NCBI RefSeq assembly: GCF_004010195.1
Contig: NC_057720.1
Coordinates: 26,890,184 to 26,928,952 of the forward strand
Origin: Chiloscyllium plagiosum
Lineage: Eukaryota
Reading direction: 5' to 3'
Length of the DNA stretch: 38,769 nucleotides
Shown: positions 35,986 to 38,769 of the stretch, one piece after another
Position numbering within the stretch: position 1 is the stretch's first letter
Layout: each line of letters starts with the position of its first letter
Program-made: the position numbers and the translations under genes
The notes under the pieces: model-generated
Database searches by the model: none
Seen by the model: only the letters and a program-made list of their open reading frames with translations
Told to the model about the DNA's origin: nothing

Positions 35986-36451
35986 GGATGTGAACATAGA
36001 AGTTATAGTTCGTAACTTTGCAGATGATACCAACATTGAAGGGGTACTGGACAGCGAAGAAGGTTGCTCCAGAGTACAATGGGATCTTGAACAAATGGGC
36101 CAATAGGCCAAGGGGTAGCAGGTGGAGTTTAGTTTAGATAAATATGAGGTACTGCATTTTGGAAAGGCATTATCAGGGCAGGACCTATAAACTTAATGGG
36201 AAGGCCCTGGGGAGTGTTGCTGAACAAAGAGACCTTGGAGTACAGCTTTATAGCTCTTTGAAAGTGGAGTTTCAGGTAGCTAGGACAGTGAAGAAGGTGT
36301 TTGGTATGCTTTCCTCTATTGGTCAGACATTGAGTAGCAAAATTGGGAGGTCATGTTGCAGCTGTACAGGACATTGGACCCTTTTGGAATATTGTGTGCT
36401 ATTCTGGTCTCCTGCCTATCAGAAGGATGTTGTGAAATTTGAAAGGGTTCA
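35985..36451 (+). mobile_element. CR1 host copy, left part
   Basis: NFADDTNIEG, EQRDLGVQL, LEYCVLFWSPAYQKDVVKFERV. Confidence 0.9.
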
Positions 36452-37754
36452 TAGAGTCATAGAGATGTACAACACAGATACAGACCCTTTGGTCCAACTC
36501 ATCCATGCCGACGAGATGCCCCAACCTAATCCAGTACAACTTGCCAGCACTTGGTCCATATCCCTCCAAACCCTTCCTATTCATATACCCATCCAGATGC
36601 CTTTTAAATGTTGCAATTGTACTATCCTCCACCATTTTCCTAGCAGCTCATTCCATACACGCACAACCCTCTGTGTGGAAAAGCTGTCCCTTAGATCCCT
36701 TTTATATCTTTCCCCTCTCACCTTAAACCTATGCCCTCTAGTTCTGGATTCCCCCACCCCAAGGAAAAAACTTTGTCTATTTTCCATATCCATGCCCCTC
36801 ATGACTTTATAAACCTCTATAAGGTCATCCCTCAGCCTCCAACGCTCCAGGGAAAACAGCCCTAGCCTGATCAGCCTCTCCATAAAGCTCAAATCCTCCA
36901 ACCCTGGCAACATCCTTGCAAATCTTTTCTGAACCCTTTCAAGTTTCACAACATCCTTCCTATAACAGGCAGACCAGAATTGCATGCAATATACCAGAAG
37001 TAGCCTAACCAATATTCTATACAGCTGCAACATGACCTCCCAACTCCTATACTCAATGCTCTGACCAATAAATGAAGGCATACCAATAAAGGAAAGCATC
37101 CTATCTACCTACATCTCCACTTTCAAGGAACTGTGAACCTGCATTCCAAGGTCTCTTTGTTCTGCAACATTCCCTAGGACCTTACTATTAAGTGTATAAG
37201 TCCTGCTAAGATTTGCTTTCCCAAAATCCAGCACCTTCCATTTATCTAAATTTCACTCCATCTGCCACTTCTCAGCCCATTGGCCCATCTGATCAAGATC
37301 CCGTTATAAACTGAAGTAACCTTCTTCGGTCTCCACTACACCTCCAATTTTGGTGTCATCTGCAAACTTACTCACAATACCTCCTATGTTCACATCCAAA
37401 TCATTTTTAAATGAAAAAAAGTAGAGGACCCAACACCGATCCTTTTAGCACTCCACTAGTCACATGCCTCCAACCTGAAAAACAACCCTCCACCACCCTC
37501 TGTCTTCTACCTTTGAGCCAGTTCTGTGTCCAAATGGCTAGTTCTCCCTGCTTTCCATGAGATCTAACCTTGCTAATCAGTCTCCCATGGGGAACCTTGC
37601 TGAACGCCTTACTGAAGTACATATAGATCAGGCCAACCACTCTGCCCTCTGCCCTTAGTTCTTCAAAAAACCTCAATCAAGTTTGTGAGACATGATTTCC
37701 CATGCACAAAGCCATATTGACTATTCCTAATCAGTCCTTACCTTTCCAAATACA
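36452..37754 (-). mobile_element. CR1 inserted antisense into a CR1 of the same type
   Basis: ORFs 37407-37676 (YFSKAFSKVPHGRL...GSVLGPLLF) and 36581-37099, a (TCTATGAC)n tail at the left end, and GTTCA duplicated at 36447-36451 and 37755-37759. Confidence 0.92.
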
Positions 37755-38129
37755 GTTCAGAAAAGATTTACAAAGATATTGCCAGGGTTGGAGGATTTGA
37801 ACTATTGAGAGAGGCTGTTTAGGCTGGGACTATTTACCCTGCAGCATCAGAGGCTGAGGGGTGACCTTAAAGAGATTTATAAAATCATGAGGGGCATGGA
37901 TAGGGTAAATAGCCAAGCTCTTTTTCCTGGGATGGGGGAGTCCAGAACTAGAGGTCATAGGTTTAGGATGAGAGGGGAAAAATTTATAACAGACCTAAAG
38001 GGCAGCGTTTTCATGCACAGGGTGGTGCATGTGTGGAATGAGCTGCCAGAGGAAGTGGTAGAGGCTGGTACAATTACAGCACTTAAAAGACGTCTGGATG
38101 GATACATGAAGAGGAAGGGTTTAGAGGGA
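37755..38129 (+). mobile_element. CR1 host copy, right part
   Basis: Resumes at VQKRFTKILPGLEDL...GESRTRGHRFRMRG...WNELPEEVVEAG and is cut off at KGLEG by the PLE. Confidence 0.9.
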
Positions 38130-38769
38130 CTTACCCCCACACTCCGGATTCCTCAACCGTTCCAGAATCTTCCATCGGCCTCCAGAAGCGCTCAGGCGCC
38201 ATTAACCACGCGACTGCTGCAGCAACCGCCGCCGCGAACCATGACGTCACTTCCGCCCCCACCGACCATGCAACCTCGGCAATCGCCGCCCAGACAACCG
38301 CCTCCACGATCGCCAGGAAGACCATCGCTGACAGATTTGCGGCCTCCGCGGGGTCCACAGCCACCAGGAACAACACTGTTTCTGCATTCGCCGCAGCCAC
38401 TTCCGTCCCCGGAGTTGCCGTCGCAGCATCTACTTCCATCCCCAGTGACGTCACTCGCCTACACACCGACCACGCCAAATGTGTCTCTGCCCCCGCGCCG
38501 ATCTCCGCCCCTGTGCCTAACCCCGCTCCGCGCTTAACCCCACCCCACTCCCAGCTCCAGCCCCACACCAGGTCCTAGCTCCCTGCCCTGCCGTATTTTC
38601 ACCATCCCTCCAGACCTCCCCCTCTCTGGAGGATGAAAAATCAGTCCTCAGCAGAGGCCTCACCTTCATCCCCCTACACTCCCGGATTAATGAGTTCAAC
38701 ACACGGCGAGACGTCGAAAAATTCATCCGCCGCCTTCGCCTCCGCGCCTACGTCTCCAACCAGGATTCT
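38130..38769 (+). mobile_element. Young Penelope-like element, N-terminal region of the ORF (runs off window)
   Basis: An Ala/Thr/Pro-rich stretch, then PCRIFTIPPDLPLS-(frameshift)-EDEKSVLSRGLTFIP...NEFNTRRDVEKFIRRLRLRAY, the pre-RT motif of PLEs. CpGs are abundant. Confidence 0.85.
38242..38260 (-). promoter_or_regulatory. ETS-CRE composite motif overlapping a GC box
   Basis: TGACGTCACTTCCGCCCCC, which is GGGGGCGGAAGTGACGTCA on the minus strand. A second CRE palindrome AGTGACGTCACT lies at 38444-38455. Confidence 0.45.

Noticed and set aside
36144..36812. 222-aa ORF
   Set aside because: Sense CR1 reading into the antisense strand of the nested CR1.
37887..38537. 216-aa proline-rich ORF
   Set aside because: It is a chance fusion of a CR1 ORF2 C-terminus with an off-frame read of the GC-rich PLE insertion, not a host gene.
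1..38769. Strand bias of insertions as evidence for a host gene's orientation
   Set aside because: CR1 copies lean plus while PLE, Rex1 and HE1 lean minus; the counts are small and the signals conflict.

Overview
This is eukaryotic genomic DNA, most likely from a cartilaginous fish (shark or ray). That is inferred from HE1-type V-SINEs, a Deu-domain SINE and CR1 LINEs with (TTCTATG)n-type tails. I found no host protein-coding exon, tRNA or rRNA gene or CRISPR array; the ORF track is almost entirely transposon debris or chance ORFs. The window reads as intronic or intergenic DNA dominated by decayed and nested mobile elements: CR1, L2 and Rex1/Babar LINEs, several SINE families, solo LTRs, Penelope-like elements (PLEs) and PIF/Harbinger DNA-transposon relics. 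There is a 390-bp assembly gap at 25217-25606. The most notable signals are: (i) minimal hammerhead-ribozyme cores in the terminal repeats of several PLE families; (ii) fold-back PLE insertions with 14-16 bp target-site duplications (TSDs); (iii) a Harbinger transposase pseudogene split over about 3 kb by nested insertions, plus a Harbinger-type Myb/SANT exon; (iv) a CpG-rich PLE N-terminal region carrying an exact ETS-CRE composite motif; (v) two repeat-free islands that could be enhancers. Family names come from recognising motifs by eye, not from database searches, and most boundaries are approximate. I cannot support a wholly new biological system here.
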